Translations under genes and position numbers: made by a program
The notes under the pieces: generated by a model
What the model was told of the DNA's origin: nothing
What the model saw: the letters and a program-made list of their open reading frames with translations, nothing else
The model's database searches: none
Shown here: positions 45,889 to 55,337 of the stretch, one piece after another
Position numbering within the stretch: position 1 is the stretch's first letter
Layout: each line of letters starts with the position of its first letter
Origin: an uncultured Acidimicrobiales bacterium
GTDB lineage: Bacteria; Actinomycetota; Acidimicrobiia; Acidimicrobiales; SZUA-35
Direction of reading: 5' to 3'
DNA: 64,000 bases
Assembly (NCBI GenBank): GCA_963803845.1
Contig: CAWDNZ010000004.1
Coordinates: 768,713 to 832,712 of the forward strand

Positions 45889-46943
45889 CCAACACCAACT
45901 CCTCCCCTGGCACCGCGCAGCATCCCTCGATTTCGGATCCGCGTGCGATCGGCGATCTCACCGAGACGATGCTGGATCAACTCGAAACCGTGATCGTTGG
46001 AAAACGAGACATGCTTCGGCTGGTGCTCGCCGCGGTGTTCGCGGATGGCCATGTGCTGCTCGAGGACGTTCCGGGGGTGGCGAAGACGGCAACCGCCCGG
46101 GCGATCGCTCAGTGCTGTGGACTGGGATTCTCCCGTGTTCAGTTCACGCCCGATCTGATCCCGGCCGACATCACCGGCGCCACCATTTTCGATCCCTCGC
46201 GCTCGACCATCGAGTTCCGGCCGGGCCCCGTTTTCGCCAATCTCGTCTTGGGCGATGAGATCAACCGGGCTCCGCCCAAGACCCAGTCCGCTCTGCTGGA
46301 GGCGATGGAAGAGCGTCAGGTCACCGTGGACGGTCAGACCCGACCCTTGCCGTCGCCGTTCGTTGTCATCGGTACGCAGAACCCCATCGAGTCAGAAGGC
46401 ACCTACCCGTTGCCCGAAGCTCAGCTGGACCGGTTTCTTATCCGCACCGGAATCGGCTATCCCGACCACGCCGCGGAGGTGGATTTGATCCTGCGGCGCG
46501 CCGCCCGCGGGTCCGATATCACGGTGCTCGCACCGCTCCTCACCCCGGACGGAACCCGTCAGGTACAGAAGGCCGTGGAGACCGTCCACGTGAGCCACCC
46601 CGTAGCGCAATACATCGTCGACATCGTTGACGGCACCCGCCAGAACCCCCGCACCGAGGCCGGTGCTAGCCCTCGCGGTTCGTTGGGACTGCTCAAAATG
46701 GCCCGAGCCTGGGCGGCGATGGGTGGTCGGAACTACGTCCTACCGGACGACGTGAAAGCCATGGCCATCCCCACCCTCAGCCATCGACTGCTGCTGATGC
46801 CCGATCAGTGGGTGCGAGGAGTCCAGCCCTTCGAGGTCATTAGCGAAGTCGTGGAGATGGTCCCCACCCCGCCAGCCACAGATGTTGGCGAAGACATGGC
46901 CACCGTGCCCCAACCGTTGTCGTTTGGTGACGCCCCGCAGTGA
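45885..46943 (+). CDS. MoxR-family AAA+ ATPase
   Basis: HVLLEDVPGVAKT (Walker A), LGDEINRAPPKTQSALLEAMEERQVTV (Walker B/sensor region), and LDRF. Confidence 0.9.
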   Translation: MTNTNSSPGTAQHPSISDPRAIGDLTETMLDQLETVIVGKRDMLRLVLAAVFADGHVLLEDVPGVAKTATARAIAQCCGLGFSRVQFTPDLIPADITGATIFDPSRSTIEFRPGPVFANLVLGDEINRAPPKTQSALLEAMEERQVTVDGQTRPLPSPFVVIGTQNPIESEGTYPLPEAQLDRFLIRTGIGYPDHAAEVDLILRRAARGSDITVLAPLLTPDGTRQVQKAVETVHVSHPVAQYIVDIVDGTRQNPRTEAGASPRGSLGLLKMARAWAAMGGRNYVLPDDVKAMAIPTLSHRLLLMPDQWVRGVQPFEVISEVVEMVPTPPATDVGEDMATVPQPLSFGDAPQ

Positions 46944-48232
46944 GCCGACATCTCACCTGGCGCTTCTGGCTCTACGCCGGTATCTCGGCTGCGTTGTTCA
47001 TTATCGCCAGCTCCAGTCGAGACGGCGAGGCGGCCGTGTGGTTCATCGCCCTCAGCCCGTTCGCCGTCGTCCTCACACTCAGCGTGCTGAGCGGCTGGTG
47101 GGTGTCTCTGGAAGTGGAGCGGGTCACGCTGAGCCAGCTCCGCCTGATCGAGGGGGATGAACTGTCCATCTTCGTGGACGTCCGCTGTCCACGACCCATC
47201 GCCATCGTTGAACTGGAGATGCAGTACCCAGCGTCGATGATCCCGGTCACACCGCCACGAGTGATCCAGCCGATCGATGGCGATTCCCGAGTGCGATTCG
47301 ATGTTCGGGTGGAGAAATGGGGAGTCACCGGGCCGGAGTTTCTGAACGTTGTCACCAGGGACCGATTCGGGTTGTCGGAAACGATCCAGCAGTTCCCACT
47401 CTCCAACCGGGTGCATGTTCACCCGCCTACAGAGCGCATCCGATCCATGGTGAGGGCGGCCCAGACCCGGTCGGCGATCGGTGACCACCGATCAACGGCG
47501 CGCGGCCCGGGGGTGGAGTTGGCCGAGGTTCGCAACTACAACCCGTCAGACCCCGTACGGCTCATTCACGCCATGCTCTCGCTGCGGCGTGGTAAACCGA
47601 TGGTGGCCGATCGCAACACCGATCAGGCCACCGATGTGATCCTGTTCATCGATGCCGTCCAGGACGTCGGCGAAACGCTGGATTCCACCCTTCGATCCAC
47701 TGTGGCGGCAGCAACCGGATTACAGGAACGGCACTTTCGCTCCATGGATCGGGTGGGCATCCTGGACCGCAGCACCGGGGTTCGCTGGCTCCCTCCGGCA
47801 CTGGGTCGGCGAGCCGGCCACATCATTGTTGACACCCTGCTGTCTGCCAAGGTGATGCAGGACCGACGCGGCGACCTTCCCACCATTCCCTTGGAAAGCC
47901 TTGACGGTCGTTCTCTCATCCTGGCAGTGAGCCCCCTCTACAGCGAGGTCTTCACCAGCGACCTCGCCCAACTCCGCCGACGCGGCCATTCGGTGGTTGT
48001 GCTCCTGGTCCAGCGACACCTGGATACCGGCGCCAGTTCGATCGCCCGGCGGGTGACTCGCATAACGAATGAATGGCAGAAGCGGCGCCTCGCCGAGCTA
48101 GGCGTCGTGGTGCTTCCCTGGGACCCTTCCGGCCCGGTGGAGCCCGTACTTCAAAAAGCTGTTCTGGCCGGCCAACGACCGATGGGCGGCCGCGGCTCGA
48201 TTCGTCAGCCATCTGCAAGCGGCTTCCGATGA
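46940..48232 (+). CDS. DUF58 (vWA-like) protein
   Basis: N-terminal TM pair. DHRSTARGPGVELAEVRNYNPSDPVRLIHAMLSLRRGKPMV signature. vWA-like VILFIDA. Confidence 0.8.
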   Translation: MSRHLTWRFWLYAGISAALFIIASSSRDGEAAVWFIALSPFAVVLTLSVLSGWWVSLEVERVTLSQLRLIEGDELSIFVDVRCPRPIAIVELEMQYPASMIPVTPPRVIQPIDGDSRVRFDVRVEKWGVTGPEFLNVVTRDRFGLSETIQQFPLSNRVHVHPPTERIRSMVRAAQTRSAIGDHRSTARGPGVELAEVRNYNPSDPVRLIHAMLSLRRGKPMVADRNTDQATDVILFIDAVQDVGETLDSTLRSTVAAATGLQERHFRSMDRVGILDRSTGVRWLPPALGRRAGHIIVDTLLSAKVMQDRRGDLPTIPLESLDGRSLILAVSPLYSEVFTSDLAQLRRRGHSVVVLLVQRHLDTGASSIARRVTRITNEWQKRRLAELGVVVLPWDPSGPVEPVLQKAVLAGQRPMGGRGSIRQPSASGFR

Positions 48233-49041
48233 GCACCGACCCATCGGCCTTCGACGGACCTCTACCACCCCTCGGTGGAGTGATGCCCGGAATGGCGCCA
48301 CCACCCCCTCCACCCACGGGCGCTCCAGGCGCACCCTGGGCCGGGCCGGTCAGGCTGCCCCCCACCGGACGGCACGTTACGGCCGTTGGGGTGATAATCG
48401 CCAAGACCGGGGCCCAGATCAAGGACGAGAAACGACGAGACCGAGTGGCTCTCCTGCGGCTCGCCGCCGCCCCCGAAATGGTGATGTGCGGCGTGGTCCT
48501 GTTCGTGGCCATCGTTGCCGCCACCGCCACCGCGGATCCGGAGGGTCAGATCATCATGATCATGATCATGTCGGCCTTGGCCGCCTTGTTCGGCTGGCTG
48601 GCCTTGCGGAGCGGTGATGCCATCATCTACACGCTCGTACTCGGTGCCGCCGGTTTCCTCACCGCCATTGCCATGGGCGCAACCCTGAGTCTTGATCCGC
48701 AGAGCCTTTGGTGGATCCTTCCGGCGGTAGTGGTGTTCTCCTTCGAGAATGCATTCACCTTCAACTATTACCGCCGACGGACCGGTGACATCAGCACCGC
48801 CGTGCGAACCACCCACCTGCAGAATGTGGGCGTGGTCGTCGCCGGGAGTCTCGTTCTGAGCGTCGTGCTCCGGTGGCTCACCAACCGCGACGGTCAAGTG
48901 TCATGGATTTGGTATGCCACGGTGCTCAGCACGGTGGTGGTGCTCGCCATCGGGACCCTCATCACCATCCGCCGCCGGGCTCTTCCGGCAGACCGCCGAC
49001 GCTTCAGCCCGGGCCGGAGAATGATCCCCCCGCCCGCATAA
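48229..49041 (+). CDS. Hypothetical polytopic membrane protein with Pro-rich N-terminus
   Basis: The ATG at 48229 overlaps the DUF58 stop (ATGA). At least five hydrophobic segments. Confidence 0.5.
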   Translation: MSTDPSAFDGPLPPLGGVMPGMAPPPPPPTGAPGAPWAGPVRLPPTGRHVTAVGVIIAKTGAQIKDEKRRDRVALLRLAAAPEMVMCGVVLFVAIVAATATADPEGQIIMIMIMSALAALFGWLALRSGDAIIYTLVLGAAGFLTAIAMGATLSLDPQSLWWILPAVVVFSFENAFTFNYYRRRTGDISTAVRTTHLQNVGVVVAGSLVLSVVLRWLTNRDGQVSWIWYATVLSTVVVLAIGTLITIRRRALPADRRRFSPGRRMIPPPA

Positions 49042-49088
49042 GTACGAGCAAATGGGTCACGGGCCGAATGCCCTCCAGGCACCTTCGG

Positions 49089-50321
49089 TCAGGAGTCGGC
49101 GGTGAGGGAGTAGAACTGCGGAAGCGATGATTGCAGGTCGTTTGAGGAACGCAGCGCCTCCCATTCCTGGGTGAGCGCGAAGCTCGGAGTTGCGTCGGTG
49201 AAGAGCAGCGAGAGGGCGGTGAGTTCGGTGCGCCGCTGTGTGCTGTTGATCATCTCGGCACTCTCGGTGAACTGGATCACGATCGAGCCTCGGGTCAGCT
49301 GACCGCTTTCGAGGAGATCGAGCCAGTACGCCTTGCCACTTGCATCGGGTGCCCGGTGCAGCACGTCTACATACAACTGGTCGAGGAAATCACCGAACGG
49401 TTTGCCGCCGTAGCGATTCTCGAACTCGTCGGACTCGGCAAACCAGTTTGCGATTCCAGTGAGCGACGCCCCATCACGATGCTGATCCATCCAGTAGTTG
49501 ATGCCCCCGGTGTCGGCCACACGGAGGAAATAGGCCTCATACAATCGGTCCAAGGACGCACCCGTGCTGTTGGGGGTGATCACGTTTTCGAGAGCCGCGT
49601 TGATACCGCCGGCGTTCACGATGTCAGCCAATTCTCGGCGTTCGATCACGGTGGCCGAACGCCCATGCACCGTCTGGTAGAGACGCTCGGCGAACGTGTT
49701 GAAGTCGGTGAACGGATCCACGGCGGCCGGGTCCACGTCGATCGGGTTGAGGGCCCGCTCGCGAGCGTCGTCGACCAACGGGGCGGGGTTCACGTTGTTT
49801 CCGTAGGGGTCGACGACCTCGAAGTGGAGATGAGTCACGGTCCATTCCGCATTCCCGGAATCACCCATGTAGGCAATCACTTGGCCCGCTGTCACCCGCG
49901 CCCCCCGCTCGATCCCAGGGCCGAAGGCCTCTTCGTAACGATTGGCTCCATCGTCGGTGCCGGGGGTGTCGTTATTGATGTGAATGTAGGTGTACTGCCA
50001 GCCGTTGTCATCGGTGAGGTAGAGGATGTTTCCGCGGCGGCTGTCGTGACGCATCCAGGTGATTACACCGTCGGCGGCCGCTACGAGCGGGGTCATCTGC
50101 GGACCGATGATGTCGACCCCAACATGGGCCCTTCCGCCACTGCGGGCCGCCCCCCACGTGTCGGTCCAGCGCACCGCGTCGACGTAGTCCAACGCGATCG
50201 GCAAAACCAGTGTGGGGACGGTGGCCGCTCCCGCCGGAGCCAATCCCACCGGGCTGAAAACCGTGGCCACCAAACCGAGGAAAACAGCGACGACTACAGA
50301 ACCTGATTTGCGACGACACAT
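49089..50321 (-). CDS. M23 metallopeptidase fused to DUF4214 repeats
   Basis: HVGVDI (HxxxD), GDSGNAEWTVTHLHFEV (HxH). Two C-terminal DUF4214-like segments (LYVDVLHRAPDASGKAYWLDLL). Start is ATG 50321 or ORF-track 50372. Confidence 0.8.
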   Translation of the reverse strand: MCRRKSGSVVVAVFLGLVATVFSPVGLAPAGAATVPTLVLPIALDYVDAVRWTDTWGAARSGGRAHVGVDIIGPQMTPLVAAADGVITWMRHDSRRGNILYLTDDNGWQYTYIHINNDTPGTDDGANRYEEAFGPGIERGARVTAGQVIAYMGDSGNAEWTVTHLHFEVVDPYGNNVNPAPLVDDARERALNPIDVDPAAVDPFTDFNTFAERLYQTVHGRSATVIERRELADIVNAGGINAALENVITPNSTGASLDRLYEAYFLRVADTGGINYWMDQHRDGASLTGIANWFAESDEFENRYGGKPFGDFLDQLYVDVLHRAPDASGKAYWLDLLESGQLTRGSIVIQFTESAEMINSTQRRTELTALSLLFTDATPSFALTQEWEALRSSNDLQSSLPQFYSLTADS

Positions 50322-50517
50322 GGCAACTGTGTTTCGGCGCGCGTCTCTGACTTCATGAATCCCACAACCCATTTCGTCACGCTACTGAAATATTGCTGTC
50401 GCCACGCAGCCACAATCTGTGACGCCACTCCCGTCCCCGGAGTGAATGTGTTTCCAGCCGTGTAGATTGTGAGGTCTGCGTTTCTGAACGCGGAATCGAT
50501 CTCGTGAGGTAATCATC

Positions 50518-50754
50518 GTGTCCAAGATCTGCCAGGTAACCGGCCGCAAGCCCACATTCGGGAACAGCATCTCCCACTCGCATCGCGTCACCAAACGCCG
50601 CTGGAATCCCAACATCCAGCGCCAGCGCTTCTGGGTGCCTAGCGAGAAGCGATGGGTCACCCTCACGCTCAGCACCAAGGCCATCAAGACCATCAACAAG
50701 AATGGCATCGAGTCCGTGCTGGCCGACATGCGTCGCAAAGGAGTGAAGGTCTAA
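50518..50754 (+). CDS. rpmB: 50S ribosomal protein L28
   Basis: [34 protein letters not shown]. Confidence 0.92.
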   Translation: MSKICQVTGRKPTFGNSISHSHRVTKRRWNPNIQRQRFWVPSEKRWVTLTLSTKAIKTINKNGIESVLADMRRKGVKV

Positions 50755-50924
50755 TGGCAAAAAAGGGTGGAGAGAAGCGACCCCTCGTCAAGATGCGGTC
50801 CACTGAGGGCACCGGATTCACTTACGTGACCCGCAAGAACAAGACCAACACCCGCGAGCGTCTCGAGCTCCGCAAGTACGATCCAGTACTGCGCCGCCAC
50901 GTCATGTTCAAGGAAGAACGCTAA
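50754..50924 (+). CDS. rpmG: 50S ribosomal protein L33 (Cys-free form)
   Basis: [56 protein letters not shown]. The start overlaps the L28 stop (TAATG). No CxxC pairs. Confidence 0.9.
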   Translation: MAKKGGEKRPLVKMRSTEGTGFTYVTRKNKTNTRERLELRKYDPVLRRHVMFKEER

Positions 50925-50963
50925 CTCCAGTAACCGGACCGTCGCAAGAACAGTCCAAGATCT

Positions 50964-51974
50964 GTGCAGTCTGAAACCACGGCCCGACGGTATGCCCGTC
51001 GGGCCTTTTCAATTCCGCTCTCACTGCTCTTGGCGCCACTGATGCTGGTGTTGTCTCCGCTGGTCATACCGCTTCTGGCACTCATCGACATCATCACCGG
51101 CGCCCCTCGCCGCCTGCCGCTGACCCGGGTTGGGTTGATGGCGGTGGCCTTCGCCTGCCATGAGTGGTATGCCATGGCGCTGTTCCTCCGGGCGATGACC
51201 CAGTCCAAAGAGCAACGAGTGACCCGGTTCCAGGAAGCCATGGGCACCTGGTCCATGTCGCTCATCAAGTGGGCTGGGCACACGATGGGAGCCAAACTGG
51301 ATTGGGGCGATCTTGCGTCTATGCCAGCCGGACATCTTCTCCTACTCAGCCGGCACGCCTCCAATGTTGACGCCATAATCCCCAGTGCACTCTTCCCCCA
51401 GCTGCTCAACCGCCCCGCCCACTACGTTCTCAAACGGGAGCTTCGCTGGTTCTCGTCCATGGATCTGTTCGGCCCGCCGCTGGGCAACTACTTCGTGTCG
51501 CGTGGCGGCAACACCGGAGCCGAACTGCAGCAGCTTCGAGCTCTCGGCGAACATGTCAGGCCGCAAGGCGCTTTGATTATCTTCCCCGAGGGCACCTTCG
51601 CAACACCGGCGGCCCGCAAGAAGATCCGAGCGTCCTTGGAGCGCCGGAACGAAACGGCTGCGTTGGCCCTCACCGACGAACTTCAAGCACTGCTCCCGCC
51701 CAAGCCGGCCGGGGTCCAGGCGCTGCTCCGGGCCCGACCCGACGCGAGACCGATGATTCTGGCCCACCGTGGACTCGACGGCGTAGCCAGCATGGCGGGC
51801 ATGCGGGCCAACCTCCCGTTGCGGAACCCGGTGGTCGTTCGGTGGTGGCCAACCGAACCGGTGCCGCCAGGCGAAGACGCCCAGGAGCTATGGCTTCAGA
51901 ACGAGTGGCGGCGGCTGGACCGATGGGTCACCTCGGATTCGGTGGACCCCCCGCCCGACGCCCCCACGCAGTGA
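50964..51974 (+). CDS. Lysophospholipid (1-acyl-sn-glycerol-3-phosphate) acyltransferase family protein
   Basis: HxxxxD as RHASNVD, and FPEGT as IIFPEGTF. N-terminal TM segments. Confidence 0.75.
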   Translation: MQSETTARRYARRAFSIPLSLLLAPLMLVLSPLVIPLLALIDIITGAPRRLPLTRVGLMAVAFACHEWYAMALFLRAMTQSKEQRVTRFQEAMGTWSMSLIKWAGHTMGAKLDWGDLASMPAGHLLLLSRHASNVDAIIPSALFPQLLNRPAHYVLKRELRWFSSMDLFGPPLGNYFVSRGGNTGAELQQLRALGEHVRPQGALIIFPEGTFATPAARKKIRASLERRNETAALALTDELQALLPPKPAGVQALLRARPDARPMILAHRGLDGVASMAGMRANLPLRNPVVVRWWPTEPVPPGEDAQELWLQNEWRRLDRWVTSDSVDPPPDAPTQ

Positions 51975-52049
51975 GTTTCGCGCTTCATTCTTCGCATCGT
52001 TGGGCGTCAAGAAAGAGCGCTCAGTAGCGAAATCTGCAAGAGTAGGGGG

Positions 52050-52793
52050 ATGCCTGTGTCCCGTGAGCAGCTCCTCACCCAGATCACCGACGAATCAACC
52101 CGTCTCCTCGCCACCGATGTCAGCCAGTTGTCATTTTCGATTCCACACATCGAAGCGTGGACCGTAGGAGATGTGTTGGGCCACACAGGTTGGGTAGCCC
52201 GATATGCCACAATGCTTCAGACCTCCACGCCCGAGAACCCACCGGCTCGATCGGCGATTCCCAACCCACCCGCCGGAGCCGACGTGCTGGCCTGGGCCAG
52301 CGAGGGGCTGCAGAACCTGGGCATAGCACTCGCCAATTCCGATCCCGAGGTGATGAGACCCTCATTCGCCGGTCCGCAGAAGGCCCAGTGGTGGGTGCGA
52401 CGCATGGCCCACGAGCTGAGCATGCACCGATGGGATGTGGCCGCAGCCTCTGGTACTCCCGATCCGATCGATTCGGCCATTTCGGTAGACGGGATCGATG
52501 AAATCTTCGACGTGTTCGTCCCCACCCGAATGCGCTTTGAGACCCTGGGAGGGACTGGAGAGATCCTGCACCTCCATTCAACCGAGGACGGCGATGGCGC
52601 TGGTGAATGGACGGCAACGTTGCACCCCGACCGGATCGATTGGGACCACTCCCATACCAAGGGTGATGTTGCGGTGCGAGGTACGGCGTCGAACCTCCTC
52701 CTGATGCTTTGGAGCCGGATCCCGGCGAGCCGTCTCGAAGTTTACGGCGATGCCGCCATCATCGACCGATGGCAGGAAGCCGCCGCATTCTGA
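52050..52793 (+). CDS. Maleylpyruvate isomerase-family mycothiol-dependent (DinB-like) protein
   Basis: N-terminal W.VGDVLGH.. motif (WTVGDVLGHTGWVARY); size ~250 aa. Confidence 0.65.
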   Translation: MPVSREQLLTQITDESTRLLATDVSQLSFSIPHIEAWTVGDVLGHTGWVARYATMLQTSTPENPPARSAIPNPPAGADVLAWASEGLQNLGIALANSDPEVMRPSFAGPQKAQWWVRRMAHELSMHRWDVAAASGTPDPIDSAISVDGIDEIFDVFVPTRMRFETLGGTGEILHLHSTEDGDGAGEWTATLHPDRIDWDHSHTKGDVAVRGTASNLLLMLWSRIPASRLEVYGDAAIIDRWQEAAAF

Positions 52794-53007
52794 CCCCCGG
52801 CGTGTCACCCCCGGCATAGGATCTACACATATGCACACTGCCACGCCCGCCAAGCCCGCCGTTAAGACCCCACGATGCTGACCTTGATTCGCCGGGTGGC
52901 CACCGCATTGGGGATGGCTGGCTTCCTTGCCGCCGTGTTTCGGCTGCGCGGCCAGGGAGGGGTCCCGCCGCGCAGCGGCGGTTGGACCGAGATCGAGTCC
53001 ACGGAGT

Positions 53008-53991
53008 ATGACGTCAACACCTGAGCCGATCGGCATCGTAGGTCTGGGTCGGGTTGGCTCCCACGTGGCACGGCAACTGCGATCCGGCACCGCCCCACTA
53101 CGGGTGTATGACATCGATCGTAATCAACGCAGCACAGTGCTCGCCGCGCTCCGACCCGGGGACGCTGTGGCCGAACCGAATGGTGGCCCAGGTACCACTG
53201 TTGTTCTTGCCACGCCGGCCGGGAACCACGCTGAATTCGCCGCACCACTGATCCGTAGCGGGGTCTCGGTGATTTCAACAAGCGATGACCCCGCCGACGT
53301 TCACGACCTCCTAACGCTCGATGATCTCGCAAGGTCCAACGAAGTCACCGTGGTGGTTGGAGCCGGCCTGTCCCCTGGCTTTTCCTGCCTTCTGGCCGCT
53401 CATGCGGCCCGCCGCTTCCTGGACGTGCGCGAACTGTCTGTGTGGACCACCGGTACGGCGGGACCAGCGTGTGCTCGGCGCCATCACCGTTCCTTGCAGC
53501 AACCCGGTCTGGCGCGGATCGATGGTCAGTGGGTGGAGAAACGAGCCGGGTCGGGTCGGGACCTCGCCTGGTTCCCGGGCGCTCTTGGAGCTCACGACTG
53601 TTACCGAGGAGCACTGGCCGAACCGGTGCTCCTTCATCGTCTTTTCCCAAACGCCGAACGCATCTCGGCGCGCACCTCTGCCAATCGACGGGACCGATTC
53701 ACCAGTCGGCTCCCGATGTTACGAGCACCCCACGACGACGGCGGGCCGGGAGGGTTCCGATTGGAGGTGCGGGGCATCACGACCGAGGGTTACCACACCG
53801 AGGTGGTCGGGATCATGGCGTTCCCATCGGTGGCGTCTGGCACGGTTGCGGCCGTTGCGGCCAACTTTGTCCATCACTCTGACTCCCCCGCTGGTGTTTT
53901 CGGTGTGGCCGAACTGGGCTCACCGGCACTCTTTCTGCACGAGCTCCACCAGCGCGGCGTCACTGCAGCGCGGTTACTCAGGATCTCCTGA
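53008..53991 (+). CDS. NAD(P)-binding (saccharopine dehydrogenase-like) protein
   Basis: Rossmann IGIVGLGRVGSHVARQL at the N-terminus when started at ATG 53008. Confidence 0.55.
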   Translation: MTSTPEPIGIVGLGRVGSHVARQLRSGTAPLRVYDIDRNQRSTVLAALRPGDAVAEPNGGPGTTVVLATPAGNHAEFAAPLIRSGVSVISTSDDPADVHDLLTLDDLARSNEVTVVVGAGLSPGFSCLLAAHAARRFLDVRELSVWTTGTAGPACARRHHRSLQQPGLARIDGQWVEKRAGSGRDLAWFPGALGAHDCYRGALAEPVLLHRLFPNAERISARTSANRRDRFTSRLPMLRAPHDDGGPGGFRLEVRGITTEGYHTEVVGIMAFPSVASGTVAAVAANFVHHSDSPAGVFGVAELGSPALFLHELHQRGVTAARLLRIS

Positions 53992-53998
53992 CCTTCAC

Positions 53999-54027
53999 TT
54001 ATCCCCATCTCCCCCAAGTTATCCACA
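53999..54027 (+). promoter_or_regulatory. Two direct DnaA-box 9-mers upstream of the sigma factor gene
   Basis: TTATCCCCA (53999-54007, one mismatch) and TTATCCACA (54019-54027, perfect to the classical consensus). Confidence 0.45.
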
Positions 54028-54114
54028 AAAAACACCCGCAGAGAGACGGAAACGGCTCAAGTTCTCACTGTCCGCGGTCGACACTAACGAAAGCGGGAAA
54101 TTCTCAAACTTTTG

Positions 54115-54144
54115 CTCAAGGTTTGTTCCTCAACTTGCCGATAA
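54115..54144 (+). promoter_or_regulatory. Sigma-28 (FliA/WhiG/SigD)-type promoter
   Basis: CTCAAGGTTT - 12 nt - GCCGATAA. The -10 element is identical to the sigma-28 consensus GCCGATAA, and the -35 resembles TAAAGTTT. It ends 11 nt before the ATG at 54156. Confidence 0.5.
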
Positions 54145-54155
54145 CTCATCCGGCT

Positions 54156-55070
54156 ATGGAGGACAACATGCAAAGGACCATCAATATGGGCGAATTGGAT
54201 TTGACGGAAATCAACGAGCGAATCGAGCACCATCTCCCGCTCGTGAAGCACGTGGTATTCCAAGTAGCGGTGCATTTTCCCCGCCACGTCGATCGTGAGG
54301 AACTGGCCCGGGCTGGGGCACTTGGTTTGGTAGAGGCATCTCGCCGCTACGACGAAAGCCGAGGAGTTCCCTTCGAGCGGTTCGCCGCTCAGCGCATCCG
54401 GGGTGCGATTCTGGACTCCGTGCGAGCCGCCGACTGGGCACCTCGATCGGTTCGCCTTCTCGCCCGCCGGCTGGAGAGCACCGAACAGTACCTCGCTTCC
54501 GAACTCGGCCGTGTTCCTACCACCGAAGAGATGGCCACCGAACTAGGCGTGGGGCTGGATGAATTATCCAAGCTGCGTGACCGTCTCTTCCGCAGCGTCG
54601 TGTTGGCACTGGACCACGAGACCAGCAGCGATACCGACGAGGACCTCACGCTGGTGGACGTTCTTGAAGACACCACCTGCATTGAACCCAGCGCCGAGTT
54701 GGAGACCCGCGAGCTTCACAGCTACCTCCGAGATGCGGTTCAGCTCCTACCCGAGCGTCAGCAGTTCGTGATCGTTGGCTACTTCCTCGAGGGAAAAACT
54801 TCCCAGGACCTTGCCCGCTTCCTCGGGGTAACAGAGTCGAGAATCTCTCAGCTTCGCAGCGAGGCGCTCCGCAACCTCAAGCTGGGCATCGAATCCCAAT
54901 TTGAAGAGAGCGACGAAGACATGCCCTCTGGACGTATCGCCAAGCGTCAAGCCGCTTACGCCGACGCCCTCAGCGATCAGAGCGAGTGGAAAGACCGACT
55001 CGGCCGCTGGGACGCTGGCTATGACGTTCCCGAAGACGCTCTCATGACGAGCGCCGGCAGCCTTCGATAA
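54156..55070 (+). CDS. RNA polymerase sigma factor, FliA/WhiG (sigma-28) family, with acidic/charged C-terminal extension
   Basis: HLPLVKHVV.., GALGLVEASRRYD..GVPFERFAAQRIRGAILDSVRAADWAPRSVR, LPERQQFVIVGYF.E..T..DLARFLGVTESRISQLRSEAL. Confidence 0.85.
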   Translation: MEDNMQRTINMGELDLTEINERIEHHLPLVKHVVFQVAVHFPRHVDREELARAGALGLVEASRRYDESRGVPFERFAAQRIRGAILDSVRAADWAPRSVRLLARRLESTEQYLASELGRVPTTEEMATELGVGLDELSKLRDRLFRSVVLALDHETSSDTDEDLTLVDVLEDTTCIEPSAELETRELHSYLRDAVQLLPERQQFVIVGYFLEGKTSQDLARFLGVTESRISQLRSEALRNLKLGIESQFEESDEDMPSGRIAKRQAAYADALSDQSEWKDRLGRWDAGYDVPEDALMTSAGSLR

Positions 55071-55219
55071 ACAGATCCCCCCTGACGAACGTCCCCGGTC
55101 ATCGGCCGGGGACGTTCCGCGTCTGTTCCCGAACGCCGAGGCCGCTGCGAACTCGGGCGCCAACCACCCATCCAGCGGGTGAACCAACACCGAGAAACCA
55201 CTACTCGGGGCGCTAGACG

Positions 55220-55293
<74 letters not shown>

Positions 55294-55337
55294 GCTCTTG
55301 CGGTCCAGCAATCGTAGCGGGACCTCTGCGAGATGCG

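Noticed and set aside
50373-50517. Possible cyclic-di-AMP (ydaO-type) riboswitch upstream of the M23 cell-wall hydrolase, or a Zur box upstream of the Cys-free L28/L33 pair.
   Set aside because: Only a short CCGGGGACGGGAG segment resembles ydaO elements, and the conserved ACGGGG/CCCGA pseudo-symmetric halves are not both present. No AT-rich palindromic Zur-type operator is visible before rpmB.
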